Sequence record: MW272540.1
Strand: one strand, 5' to 3'
Length of the DNA: 64,000 bases
Each line of letters begins with the position of its first letter. Position 1 is the first letter of the stretch. A program made the translations under genes and the position numbers. Below the pieces are notes generated by a model. That model saw only the letters and a program-made list of their open reading frames with translations. It was not told where the DNA came from and did no database searches. Of the stretch, positions 1 through 9,673 are shown one piece after another.

Positions 1-1518
1 ACCTTCAACAAGATCATTGTTATATTGGATACCGTTCATAGGACTTACCAAATAATTATCAATTTCTCTAACTAGTCCGATTTCAGTTTCTGTACCCAGA
101 ATCGAAACGTCAGTTTTATCTATACGACCGTTCATTTTAGAGGTATAAAAACCAGCGTTGAAGATTTCAACTTCTTCGGTATAATACCGGTCGATAGAAT
201 TCAGGATCTGACCTTGTAACCATTCCTCGGTCTGGGGAAGTTGGTTAAGTGCATAAGTCACCTTTGCATGTGTTTTAACATACATGTAGTTTGGACTGTG
301 GACAACCGGTGTGATTGTTGCAACGTTATAAGGTCTCAGATAGTTTTGAATATCTTCTTTTTGTACCGTAGTCAGATACAGACCATCTTTTGGCTTAATT
401 GCAATAAAAGCATATCCCGGCTTTTCTGTATCAGTATAACACTGGATCGCTTGTACAATATTACCAAAGCGACTAGATACGAATGTTTCGTAATCTGAGG
501 CAGTCACACAACGGCGCTGTGTTTCTCTCATAACCGGACCTAGGGCACGGATACGCTCGATATCTTCAACCTCACCACCACCGATAGAACCGACATAATT
601 TACGTCGTTGATCCCATCCGGGCTTGTCGGGTTTTCTCCGATTGATTCCACAACCAGATTAGGAATAGTATCAACATAATCAAATCCACGTGTACCATTA
701 GCAACAGAACCTTTTGTGCTAATATATTCAACCACAATAGTATCACCAACGGCTGGTCGCATACCACCAACGTAATTACTACGCAACATCCCATTTGTAT
801 CAACCGTAGATTCCCCCTCACCGAAATAAATTTCTGTGAATGAATCTATCGTTTCTCTTTGATAAAAAATGGTAGATGTTCCACCAACTCTAACTATAGG
901 TTTGTTAGTCCAATCATCCCATTTTGCACCGTTCACATAAACATTTACATATCTACGGTCAATATTAGGGTCTTGAATAATTATACTTCCATCTTTACCA
1001 AAAGTTATTTCATTTCTGATAATACGCCCCTGAACAAGATTTAAGTCGGTGATATATCGCTTGTTGATTCCACGAATAACCTCAACGTCTTCCCAAGTCA
1101 CATAATCATAAAATTCAACTTCTTCAATGGATGCAGTAAACTTAGTACCCTTCGGAATGGTAATAGAAATTGGGCTACTATCAATCGGACTATAATATGC
1201 CTGAAACCTGATGGTATTTGTTGATGCACTCATCCCAAAAGGCATATATCCTTGATCCTGTGCATGTTGAACAACAGACGGTCTCAATCTGGCGGTTTGA
1301 CTATATCCTTCAAACAAAGCACCATTAGCGAATTGTTGATGATACATAAGGGCATAAGACATCGCTTCTACGAGAGAAGTTAATCTAGAACCTTCAAAAT
1401 CATAATCTTTAAATTCATCTTGGTTTTTTAAAAAAGTTTTTAGTTTATCTTTAAATCCATCAAATGTACTTTCTTTAAATACACTAGGGATTTCAATTTG
1501 GTTAATTTTATTAGCCAT
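1..1518 (-). CDS. gp6: Baseplate wedge subunit gp6 (runs off the window edge)
   Basis: Manual translation from ATG at 1518: MANKINQIE...FLKNQDEFKDYDFEGSRL...ARLRPSVVQHAQDQGY, typical gp6 N-terminus; follows gp25. Confidence 0.92.
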   Translation of the reverse strand, partial: MANKINQIEIPSVFKESTFDGFKDKLKTFLKNQDEFKDYDFEGSRLTSLVEAMSYALMYHQQFANGALFEGYSQTARLRPSVVQHAQDQGYMPFGMSASTNTIRFQAYYSPIDSSPISITIPKGTKFTASIEEVEFYDYVTWEDVEVIRGINKRYITDLNLVQGRIIRNEITFGKDGSIIIQDPNIDRRYVNVYVNGAKWDDWTNKPIVRVGGTSTIFYQRETIDSFTEIYFGEGESTVDTNGMLRSNYVGGMRPAVGDTIVVEYISTKGSVANGTRGFDYVDTIPNLVVESIGENPTSPDGINDVNYVGSIGGGEVEDIERIRALGPVMRETQRRCVTASDYETFVSSRFGNIVQAIQCYTDTEKPGYAFIAIKPKDGLYLTTVQKEDIQNYLRPYNVATITPVVHSPNYMYVKTHAKVTYALNQLPQTEEWLQGQILNSIDRYYTEEVEIFNAGFYTSKMNGRIDKTDVSILGTETEIGLVREIDNYLVSPMNGIQYNNDLVEG

Positions 1519-1939
1519 CTGATAGTTCCATTTTTAACTGGATCACAGAAGATATATCAGTGATCAGGGAATAATATATAGTGACAATATATTCGTTTCT
1601 GTCATACATTGGGATGACTTGAACCTGTCGTATTTTTACTCTTGGTTCATAATTTCTAATTGCGTCGAATATACTTCTCTCAACTGCACTAGTTGACGCA
1701 TCGTTCATAAGTTCAAATAACTGAGCATTGATATCACAACCAAAATTAGGATCAAACGGTTTTTCTCCTTTTCTAGTCGCTATAATACCAGCCATTGATT
1801 GTTGTACTGCATTAACGTTTGTCGTCATCAAAACGTCATTTGTTTTTATATCCCGACGAAAAAAAGGATCTATATCTGAATAATATATATCCTTTTCATT
1901 GGTCAGAATTTTTAATCTATTTCCAAAAAAACCAGCCAT
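1511..1939 (-). CDS. gp25: Baseplate wedge subunit gp25
   Basis: YSDID...TRKGEKPFDPNFGCDI..LFE...IRNYEPRV signature. Confidence 0.93.
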   Translation of the reverse strand: MAGFFGNRLKILTNEKDIYYSDIDPFFRRDIKTNDVLMTTNVNAVQQSMAGIIATRKGEKPFDPNFGCDINAQLFELMNDASTSAVERSIFDAIRNYEPRVKIRQVQVIPMYDRNEYIVTIYYSLITDISSVIQLKMELSDG

Positions 1940-1947
1940 TAATTACC

Positions 1948-2244
1948 TCACACGACAAAAATATTAGAGGAACATTCAACAATGACCTCGCCTTCTGTAC
2001 AAATATCAGCCAATTGCGCAACACGTTTTCCTTCGATAAAAACCTTCGCACTACTAGCAATAACGAGACCTGATTTAGGACTCGGATCATCACCGGGTTT
2101 TATATGTGTTATCACCCGGTCATCTTCCCTAACCAATATTTGTTTACCATTAGCAAAAACCGTTGTGGTAGTACCAACAACCCGACTTGGTAGCCAAGGT
2201 CCGGGTCCAATTGTTTTTGCATTATTTAATACTAATCCAGCCAT
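1948..2244 (-). CDS. gp5.4: PAAR-type spike tip protein (gp5.4-like)
   Basis: TVFANGK...SSAKVFIEGKRVAQLAD...SSNIFV; start moved to MAGLVL at 2244. Confidence 0.85.
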   Translation of the reverse strand: MAGLVLNNAKTIGPGPWLPSRVVGTTTTVFANGKQILVREDDRVITHIKPGDDPSPKSGLVIASSAKVFIEGKRVAQLADICTEGEVIVECSSNIFVV

Positions 2245-2245
2245 T

Positions 2246-2758
2246 TCATATCCCCAATTTAGGAAAAGGACCAGACGAATTAACGTAAGCCCTAAATTTT
2301 GCAACCCACCCATCGAAAGAACCAATTATCGTCATGGTTTCCACTTTCTGAATTGTGTTTCTAACAGGTAGTGTCGGAACAGTGATATCGTCATAAACCA
2401 ACGTCTGTGTGTATGTTACAACCCGTTTAAGCTCACTTGGTGGGTCGAACGCCACGAGGTCACAGGTAGACGGTTCAGGTAGGTTAGCAAATGCGTTTGT
2501 TTGGGTTATCTGTAGCGTTGTCCTATCTCGATAGCGCAAAACTAAGTCAACTTTTCCATCAAAATAGTCATTGACATGACCGTGTAATCTGTTACCATCT
2601 AACAAAATCCCATCGGGCGATAAATCCTCCGATGGAGTTACAACGAAGCTAACAAACTGTTCAGACGGGGTTAGTGTATAGCTAAATGTGCTATCAACCT
2701 GAGTCTCCCCATCAAATATAGTGGGTTTCCAGTTTGTTGGTATGTTTATTTGTGCCAT
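2246..2758 (-). CDS. gp5.1: gp5.1-like conserved protein
   Basis: NRLHG, TYTQTLVYD and W..KFRAYV resemble T4 gp5.1; position between gp5 and PAAR; late promoter at 2781-2789. Confidence 0.7.
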   Translation of the reverse strand: MAQINIPTNWKPTIFDGETQVDSTFSYTLTPSEQFVSFVVTPSEDLSPDGILLDGNRLHGHVNDYFDGKVDLVLRYRDRTTLQITQTNAFANLPEPSTCDLVAFDPPSELKRVVTYTQTLVYDDITVPTLPVRNTIQKVETMTIIGSFDGWVAKFRAYVNSSGPFPKLGI

Positions 2759-2780
2759 ATAAAAAATCCTCCATATGGAG

Positions 2781-2789
2781 TATTTAGGG
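2781..2789 (-). promoter_or_regulatory. Late (gp55-type) promoter CCCTAAATA
   Basis: tatttaggg on + strand, upstream of gp5.1/5.4/25/6. Confidence 0.65.
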
Positions 2790-2815
2790 CTGTTTATATA
2801 AAAAGAGGTTATAAA

Positions 2816-3160
2816 ATGGAATCTTTCCAATTTAAAAGTGTAGAATCGTTTATTGCTTTTAAGCATAAAAGCGTGGACAATAACAAGATCGGAGACAAAA
2901 TTGGGCTTGGTCCATTTGTTGTTACAAATTTCGTACATGGTAGAATTTTGGGTATTCAAGATCAAGAAGAACTCGAAGAAGAATTTTTCCCAATCTTTGA
3001 TGAGGATGAGGTTAGAATGTATCTGACTAAATTATCTGAAAACAAACAGTCCAACTTAGAAGATTATAAAGTTAACGCACTTAAAAACGAATTACTGGTT
3101 ATAAAAGCAAACTTAACCAAAGAGATTCATAGAATCGACACTCTACTGGATAATATGTAA
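2816..3160 (+). CDS. Hypothetical protein, opposite strand to the baseplate genes
   Basis: ORF with SD (agagg) before ATG 2816. Confidence 0.75.
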   Translation: MESFQFKSVESFIAFKHKSVDNNKIGDKIGLGPFVVTNFVHGRILGIQDQEELEEEFFPIFDEDEVRMYLTKLSENKQSNLEDYKVNALKNELLVIKANLTKEIHRIDTLLDNM

Positions 3161-3435
3161 TGAAACTAATTTATATTGGAAGTAATTATGGTGGTTTCAA
3201 ACAAAATCAAATTCACAATTTTCGTGTTAGACGAGAACTAACTAATTTCCTAGAAAAGAATTTCGATAAAATAGAAAATGAAGATGTTTTGATGAAAGTC
3301 GAAATGAAAGAAACTATTTATTGGGATTTCTGCCCATACGATATGGATGTTGGAAATGGAAAAATGACTTTCGTTTGGGACCTAGACAAAGAAATCCTAT
3401 CAGATTTTATACATCATCGCGCACAAGAAATTTAA
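3160..3435 (+). CDS. Hypothetical protein
   Basis: ORF translationally coupled (TAATG) to the previous ORF. Confidence 0.75.
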   Translation: MKLIYIGSNYGGFKQNQIHNFRVRRELTNFLEKNFDKIENEDVLMKVEMKETIYWDFCPYDMDVGNGKMTFVWDLDKEILSDFIHHRAQEI

Positions 3436-3440
3436 AAAAC

Positions 3441-3467
3441 AAAAGGGAACCCGAAGGTTCCCTTTTT
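3441..3467. terminator. Bidirectional intrinsic terminator
   Basis: aaaagggaacc-cgaa-ggttccctttt between convergent genes. Confidence 0.85.
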
Positions 3468-5286
3468 AGTTAATATTCACAGTAGAACCACTAATCTCAG
3501 TTGTACCAGCAGAAGTGATAAGACTTTGTGCAGCTTGAGATTTATAATTTCCCCCAACTGTCGATGTAAAATTCCCACCGACATTTAGATTATAATCCCC
3601 ATCCACCGAATTATCACAGTTACCAGCCACTTGAGCAGTTAGGTTTCCTTCTATATTGCTATCTACGTTCCCGTTTACAGTTTGAGTAACGTTACCTTTA
3701 ACTATTTGGTCCATATTTCCATGTATAGTTTCAGTAACATTTCCTTTCACAACTTGGGATAAGTTCCCGTCAACTTGTTGAGTGCAGTTACCCATAACAT
3801 AAACAGTCGCATTACCTTCCACAACCGCTTGATAATCACCTTTCACGTTCAAATATTTATTGGCTAAATCTATTTCGAAATTCTCACCATATATCTTAGT
3901 TACTTGACGACCGTCACCAGACCACTCTATAAACGTCCCAGAGGGGTGTTTTCTATGGTATCTCTCAGCACCCGGAGTATCGTCGAACTCTTGAACATGC
4001 CCAGATTCAGACTCGTATACGTGGTTGTATGGGTATTGAGCCCGATACGCACTCTTTGGTTCTTCAAAAAGCAAACCATCATCGCGGGGAACTGGGGGAA
4101 CTGACGGATCTTCTTCATCGTCCAAAGGAACTGGATCGGAAGTGACAGCAACCATCCTCATAAACGACGCAGTTGGAATATTAATACTGTCAGTATCCAA
4201 AGACATGGTTCTTAAAGATATGGGGGGTGTCGGTTCTTGTGGGACCATCACACCATAAGATTCTAGGTTTCCGGTTAACACGATCCTAGAAACTCGATTT
4301 GCCCGTCCGGGGGTTTGTTTAGCCCAGAGTGAATCTAACATCCCCTGTTGGGCTTCCTTCCATCGTTCGTTGTACATATGATCAAGCGTAGTTCTAAACT
4401 TAGCTAGACCACCGGCACCCATCTGAAAGGCCATGTTCTCTAAAGCCATCTGTCTAGACCGGTTAACTTTGACATAAACCTTTCTGATGTTTTCAAATCT
4501 CATCATATCAGATCTGGTTTTTTGGATATCCTCACTAAACAGCTTTGAAACGTCCTCTGGCGATATTGTTCCACCTTTGACAGGATGACCTAGCTGTTGG
4601 GTTAGAATCGCGTCTATACGCGCTACGTCTCTTGTTTTCTCATGAATAATCAAGTGACCAATCCCGATGGTAGGATATCCCAAAGAATCCAAATACCATA
4701 CGTTTCTAACGCCTTCATCACCCTTCAGCATTTTTTCTATGGTGAAATTCGGGTCATCGTCTTCTGGGATCTCATCTATGGGTCTGTCATCTGGTGCAAC
4801 TGCAATAGAAGAGTTTTCATCTTGAGTATATACACCAAGAGGCATACCGTCAATTGATGGGGGGGCACTCCCGTTTATACTATCACCCTTCTGACCACCA
4901 CCCGCTAATATATTCACGTCATTTCCGATATATCTCGGAAATTGACCGAATGGGTCACAAAAACCTTTCAAAGTATTTGGTTGTTGAACATAGGATCCGG
5001 GGATTGTAAAAAGGATAAGACCATCTTGTTTAAATGCGTCCCTGAATATCCCACCAACCCAACTACCTTCAACTAAACCAGTCGGACTATCACCAACCCC
5101 AGATATAGATGCTGATGTAGTTGGTAGAGCCGAGTGAAACCAAAGTAATTCATCTGTTGGGATACCTAGCAAATCATTTTTTGATTTTTGGTCCGTGTGT
5201 ATCCCCATTACACGGACCCTATATCTACCTTGTTTTAGAGGGTCGAATCTATCCTCAACCACCCCAAAAAACCATTCTAAATTCAT
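3466..5286 (-). CDS. gp5: Baseplate hub / tail lysozyme gp5
   Basis: OB-fold WFFGVVEDRFDPLKQGRYRVR, T4-lysozyme domain (DEG..YLDSLGYPTIGIGH), YPYNHVYESESGH and V.G repeats of the beta-helix. Confidence 0.97.
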   Translation of the reverse strand: MNLEWFFGVVEDRFDPLKQGRYRVRVMGIHTDQKSKNDLLGIPTDELLWFHSALPTTSASISGVGDSPTGLVEGSWVGGIFRDAFKQDGLILFTIPGSYVQQPNTLKGFCDPFGQFPRYIGNDVNILAGGGQKGDSINGSAPPSIDGMPLGVYTQDENSSIAVAPDDRPIDEIPEDDDPNFTIEKMLKGDEGVRNVWYLDSLGYPTIGIGHLIIHEKTRDVARIDAILTQQLGHPVKGGTISPEDVSKLFSEDIQKTRSDMMRFENIRKVYVKVNRSRQMALENMAFQMGAGGLAKFRTTLDHMYNERWKEAQQGMLDSLWAKQTPGRANRVSRIVLTGNLESYGVMVPQEPTPPISLRTMSLDTDSINIPTASFMRMVAVTSDPVPLDDEEDPSVPPVPRDDGLLFEEPKSAYRAQYPYNHVYESESGHVQEFDDTPGAERYHRKHPSGTFIEWSGDGRQVTKIYGENFEIDLANKYLNVKGDYQAVVEGNATVYVMGNCTQQVDGNLSQVVKGNVTETIHGNMDQIVKGNVTQTVNGNVDSNIEGNLTAQVAGNCDNSVDGDYNLNVGGNFTSTVGGNYKSQAAQSLITSAGTTEISGSTVNIN

Positions 5287-6521
5287 GATACCACCTTACC
5301 CCGAATATCAGAATCAGAAATCAATTCTATATTCATAAAATATGTTTCTCTTGTTAATACATGGTTTATGGAATTAACCAACCAATGACCAGCATCCTTA
5401 GATGTCATATCACCGTTCATATCACCAGCTATAATATTTACCACACTACCGCTTTTAATATCGGAGTTTCCCGCGATTTGAATAAGCATACGCTTTGCAT
5501 TAAGAGACACACGATTCGTTGCTCTAATACCTAATGAGTTTCCATTAGACCCCATATTGATATACTTATACATCTGGTCTTCAGTTGTAAAAAGAACACA
5601 GGTATTTCTTTCCGGCTTAATATCCCCACCATACCAACTTTCTGGATTTAGCGTTGGATATATTTCTTTGACGGTCTGATAATCCTGATATTTATTTGTG
5701 TATAACTTTTTATCGATACTCATAGAGTGAACATCGACACCGAGACCACCTAATCTATATTGTTCTGGGATATTATATCCCTTCACACGTTGCATTTTTA
5801 TAATTTTGTTATACATCGTGGTATCGTGAGTTGCTTCAAATATTAAATCAACTACCGGGTCTTCAATAAGAAGGGAAGTCCCGGATTTAAAATTTATACC
5901 GTCGATATTTTCAAATAAATAAAAGTTGCTATCGCCTTTCGCATTAGGCTCTGACGATTGGGAAGATTGTGCCAAGTGATTTATAACAGCCAATGGTGTC
6001 ATATTTGGAATAACAATATCCCGATTGTATAAAGTAGGTTCAATTTTCATCAATTCATCTGTATAACCAATAAGCTTAAGCATATCTGAAATAATAGAAT
6101 GAATAGATGTATTAGAATAACTCTTACTTACTTTCCTATACTCGTTATTATGTTCTTCCTCAGAAACAAAATGTATTCTAATATACTTTTTTGTTTGTGT
6201 CTCAGGCGAGGTTATATCTTCGTATCGCACTACTTTAAAATTTTTAGAAAACGTTGTTGCGTCTTCACCATTCAAATGAACGGACCTAAAGCTTATTTGT
6301 ATCTTTTCATCACCACGAGGGTTTATCGAGTTTATGAAGTTCATAAAATCAACAAAATCTAAAGTACCTTTGAAGAGACCTTGTGAGATCCCTTCAGTGA
6401 TGCTTACAGATTTAAAAATCTCGGATAAATCAAACGCAGTTGGTTCAGAACCCTGATAAAAAGCAATACGATCAATCGTAAAGTTTTCATAAGCCGCCGT
6501 ACTTCGTCTACTTATTCCCAC
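5283..6521 (-). CDS. gp27: Baseplate hub protein, gp27-like
   Basis: 412 aa directly before gp5; IVIPNMTP, FYLFENIDGINF and GHWLVNSINH hub motifs. Confidence 0.65.
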   Translation of the reverse strand: MGISRRSTAAYENFTIDRIAFYQGSEPTAFDLSEIFKSVSITEGISQGLFKGTLDFVDFMNFINSINPRGDEKIQISFRSVHLNGEDATTFSKNFKVVRYEDITSPETQTKKYIRIHFVSEEEHNNEYRKVSKSYSNTSIHSIISDMLKLIGYTDELMKIEPTLYNRDIVIPNMTPLAVINHLAQSSQSSEPNAKGDSNFYLFENIDGINFKSGTSLLIEDPVVDLIFEATHDTTMYNKIIKMQRVKGYNIPEQYRLGGLGVDVHSMSIDKKLYTNKYQDYQTVKEIYPTLNPESWYGGDIKPERNTCVLFTTEDQMYKYINMGSNGNSLGIRATNRVSLNAKRMLIQIAGNSDIKSGSVVNIIAGDMNGDMTSKDAGHWLVNSINHVLTRETYFMNIELISDSDIRGKVVS

Positions 6522-7074
6522 GGATTTTCTCCATCATTCTGGTATATTCATCCATAAATCGACCTAAGTCGGTTGGATTTAATACATTTATTGTACGTTT
6601 TGATTCATTTATACTCAATTCATGTTCTATAGCAGTCACCGGAACAAGAACACCAGTATGTTGAATGAATCTATGCAACTTATCGCCTTCGTCATACCAA
6701 ACACCAGAACCAATAGGATATTCCACAACCCTAAAATACATCTCACCATTTGGGTCTAGATGATACAAAACTGTACCCTCTTTTTGTGGCAAGTTTTGAT
6801 ATTTTTTAGCGGTATACTTGTGTACTATTTCTTCTGGACATATCCAATCATAAAATGGGTCGTAGATATCGTTTAAATATAAAAGGATCCAATAATATTT
6901 TGTATCTCCATATAGTTCATAAGATACATTTTCCGGTCTAGGTGATCCGGAAAGAATATATTTCCGGATCACGAATTTTTTGATTATTTCGTCAAAATAG
7001 CTACCATGCGGTTTAAATATATTCGCAGTAGGTGAACCATTATAACTTATTGGGGGGAAATAATTAAATAGCAT
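6508..7074 (-). CDS. gp53: Baseplate wedge subunit gp53
   Basis: RPENVSYELYGDTKYYWILLYLNDIYDPFYDW signature. Confidence 0.95.
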   Translation of the reverse strand: MLFNYFPPISYNGSPTANIFKPHGSYFDEIIKKFVIRKYILSGSPRPENVSYELYGDTKYYWILLYLNDIYDPFYDWICPEEIVHKYTAKKYQNLPQKEGTVLYHLDPNGEMYFRVVEYPIGSGVWYDEGDKLHRFIQHTGVLVPVTAIEHELSINESKRTINVLNPTDLGRFMDEYTRMMEKIRGNK

Positions 7075-8141
7075 TATTTTTTACCTCCATTACCAGAACC
7101 ATAAGAACCAAAGAAAAATTCCCCAGTATCTGGTGTTCCAAGACCTTTAGTAAGTTCTTCCCAATAATCCCTATAAACTGGACGAAGTTCTGTTACAGTC
7201 AATTCAAAATCGATTGCAATAGAATCCGCAGCACTAGCGGAGAAGGTATCATACAATTGGTCTGGGGTTTTGTTTATTCGAATATTAGATATACCAGCAG
7301 GCCCCATCGCAAATTTCGGGGTATATCTAATTTTTTGGGTTTGGTCTTGACTGACACGTTCCTCTATAAACCAAAGAGGCGGAACTTCCAAAGACGTATA
7401 ACCTTCACCAGAGGCAATTTGAGATTGAGTATCCAATCCAAGATCCGCAAGCGATACAGCCCCACGGTTTTCAGCCGAGCTAAGAACCATAAATGTTTTT
7501 ATGATCTGACCGACTTCCTTCAATTCAGCAAGAGACCTTGGTCTGAATTGGAAAAGAAAGTTTTGTTGACGCACAGATGTACCCTTATACATCTGTGCAC
7601 TACGGTCCCCTAGAACGTTACCAGTGACCTGTGAGTTGAATCTTTGGGTCAATCCACCCACTTCTACGGCAAGCTTCTGTAAAGCCGCTTTACCAGTCGC
7701 AGAAGCGGCATTACCAGCCTTATCCATCATACCATCTTGGTCTGATGCGTTAGCACGGTAATTCATCAAAACGTCTTGGATGAAACCACCATCATTCGAA
7801 TCATAGTTATGACTTATATTTTCGTTCATGTTGGGCATATATAGTTGAATTACAGCTAATGTTTCTTCATTGAAACTACCCTTAACCGACCTCATTGACC
7901 TTTCTGTGATGTCGTTGTTACTCAAACCCCCAGTTGTTGGTTTTACCGCATAAAACACTAAATAGGACGAATGTCTATTATCGCTTCCCTTCAATGTCAA
8001 TGGATATTGTAACGCACTAATTCCTTTTTGTTTGGTGTTTTTATTTTCGAGGATCAGAGTACCACCCTCAGTTTTTACCCCACCAGTACCAGCTAGAACA
8101 CCATCAGCGGCTCTTGAGGCATCTACAATACTAACCTTCAT
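7074..8141 (-). CDS. gp48: Baseplate-tail tube cap gp48
   Basis: LQYP, QLYMP, MYKGTSVRQQNFLFQFRPRS..E motifs. Confidence 0.85.
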   Translation of the reverse strand: MKVSIVDASRAADGVLAGTGGVKTEGGTLILENKNTKQKGISALQYPLTLKGSDNRHSSYLVFYAVKPTTGGLSNNDITERSMRSVKGSFNEETLAVIQLYMPNMNENISHNYDSNDGGFIQDVLMNYRANASDQDGMMDKAGNAASATGKAALQKLAVEVGGLTQRFNSQVTGNVLGDRSAQMYKGTSVRQQNFLFQFRPRSLAELKEVGQIIKTFMVLSSAENRGAVSLADLGLDTQSQIASGEGYTSLEVPPLWFIEERVSQDQTQKIRYTPKFAMGPAGISNIRINKTPDQLYDTFSASAADSIAIDFELTVTELRPVYRDYWEELTKGLGTPDTGEFFFGSYGSGNGGKK

Positions 8142-8167
8142 TAAAAACCCTCTTGGTTGTTTATCTT

Positions 8168-8183
8168 TATTTAGGGCTAAATA
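8168..8183. promoter_or_regulatory. Back-to-back divergent late promoters
   Basis: tatttag-gg-ctaaata: CTAAATA on both strands between divergent gp48 and gp4. Confidence 0.75.
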
Positions 8184-8207
8184 CTAATATATATGGGGGA
8201 TAAAATT

Positions 8208-8678
8208 ATGGCTGGAAGAAGTACATACAAAGGTCAATATTTCGTTAAGAATAGAGAAAAGTATAAAGGGGACCCAAAAAAGGTCACATATCGAAGTTCT
8301 TGGGAAAAATATATAATGGAAATGCTTGATAATAGTCCAGATGTTCGATATTGGAATAGTGAAGAGATGGTTATCCCATATTTTTCAAATGCGGACGGAA
8401 AGAAAAGGCGTTATTTCATGGATTTCTATATACAATGGGTGGATGGTAGTATTTCCCTATGGGAAGTAAAGCCACAGAAAGAAACAATTCCGCCGGTTGC
8501 ACCTAAAAGAAACACACTCAAGTCAAAACAGACTTTTATGGAACAAGTATATACATGGAACGTAAATACAGACAAATGGAAAACCACCGCAGAAATCTGT
8601 AAGAAAAAAGGGTGGCGATTTAATATAATTACCGAATCCGCATTAAAAATGATGGGATTTAAAGGACTGAACAAATGA
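8208..8678 (+). CDS. gp4: Head completion protein gp4
   Basis: KYKGDPKKVTYRSSWEK, WNSEE.VIPY, RYFMDF, EVKP, VNTDKW. Confidence 0.95.
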   Translation: MAGRSTYKGQYFVKNREKYKGDPKKVTYRSSWEKYIMEMLDNSPDVRYWNSEEMVIPYFSNADGKKRRYFMDFYIQWVDGSISLWEVKPQKETIPPVAPKRNTLKSKQTFMEQVYTWNVNTDKWKTTAEICKKKGWRFNIITESALKMMGFKGLNK

Positions 8679-9673
8679 TATTTGAAATCAATGAACGTGC
8701 TGAAACTACGGCAGAAAAAAGACAAAGGCGAGATTGGATAGAGATCGGCGCAAAGTTCATGGATGCTAGAAAAAAAGCACCTACCATGACAGCAAAAAAA
8801 TTTGCAGAAGAAAATGGACTTAATTATGAAACGTTCAGTCGGGCAATGCGTCGTTTTAGAGATGATATTAAAAAATATTATTCTCTTACGAACCCGAACA
8901 AGAACAAACAGCAATGGATTGAGCTTGGTGTAGACTATTTAACAAAAAAAGAAAAAACTAATATATCCCAAGCTGAATATATAAAAGCAACTGGCTTGAA
9001 CCAAGAAACTGCTTCTAGAGCTTTCCGAAGATTCAAGAGTGATATCATTCTCGCAAAAAAATTAAAAGATGCGAAAGAAACCGGAAGACGACTAACAAAC
9101 AACGAGAAATACCAGTTGATGTTACAGGATTTCCGAACTAAAGTTCGTCAATATGAGAAAGAACCACAAAAATCAGAGAGAAAGTCTATTGACTGGTTCA
9201 ACACTTTTATTAAAAAGAACGTGAGAGGACATAGGGTTTCAAAACCACAACCGGGAAGGTTGTATACTTTTGCGTATGACGCAAAACATAAAGCAACTCT
9301 ACCATATTGGGATAAATTCCCACTTATTGTATATCTCGGGTTGAGTACAAAACACAGAGGTTTGATGTTGGGCTTAAACCTTCACTATATTCCAGTGAAA
9401 GCCCGCAAAGAATTTATGGAAGAACTTTTAAAACACGCAACTACAGAACGTATAACCAATAGAACAACCCTAAATATAAATTGGGGGAAGGTCAAAGGTA
9501 TGAGAGGGGTAGATCACATGATCAAAGCGTATTTGCCTAATCATGTTAAAGGTCCATTTATGGAAATAAAACCGCAAGATTGGAGTTCTGTTATCAATCT
9601 TCCGACTCAGCGTTTTGTTTCTGGTATGCCTCCTAAGACCTACAATACTAACAAGGTTTGGAGTTCATATTAA
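8675..9673 (+). CDS. gp2: DNA end protector gp2, with duplicated N-terminal module
   Basis: PQPGRLYTFAYDAKHKATLPYWDKFPLI, GLNLHY. Confidence 0.95.
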   Translation: MIFEINERAETTAEKRQRRDWIEIGAKFMDARKKAPTMTAKKFAEENGLNYETFSRAMRRFRDDIKKYYSLTNPNKNKQQWIELGVDYLTKKEKTNISQAEYIKATGLNQETASRAFRRFKSDIILAKKLKDAKETGRRLTNNEKYQLMLQDFRTKVRQYEKEPQKSERKSIDWFNTFIKKNVRGHRVSKPQPGRLYTFAYDAKHKATLPYWDKFPLIVYLGLSTKHRGLMLGLNLHYIPVKARKEFMEELLKHATTERITNRTTLNINWGKVKGMRGVDHMIKAYLPNHVKGPFMEIKPQDWSSVINLPTQRFVSGMPPKTYNTNKVWSSY

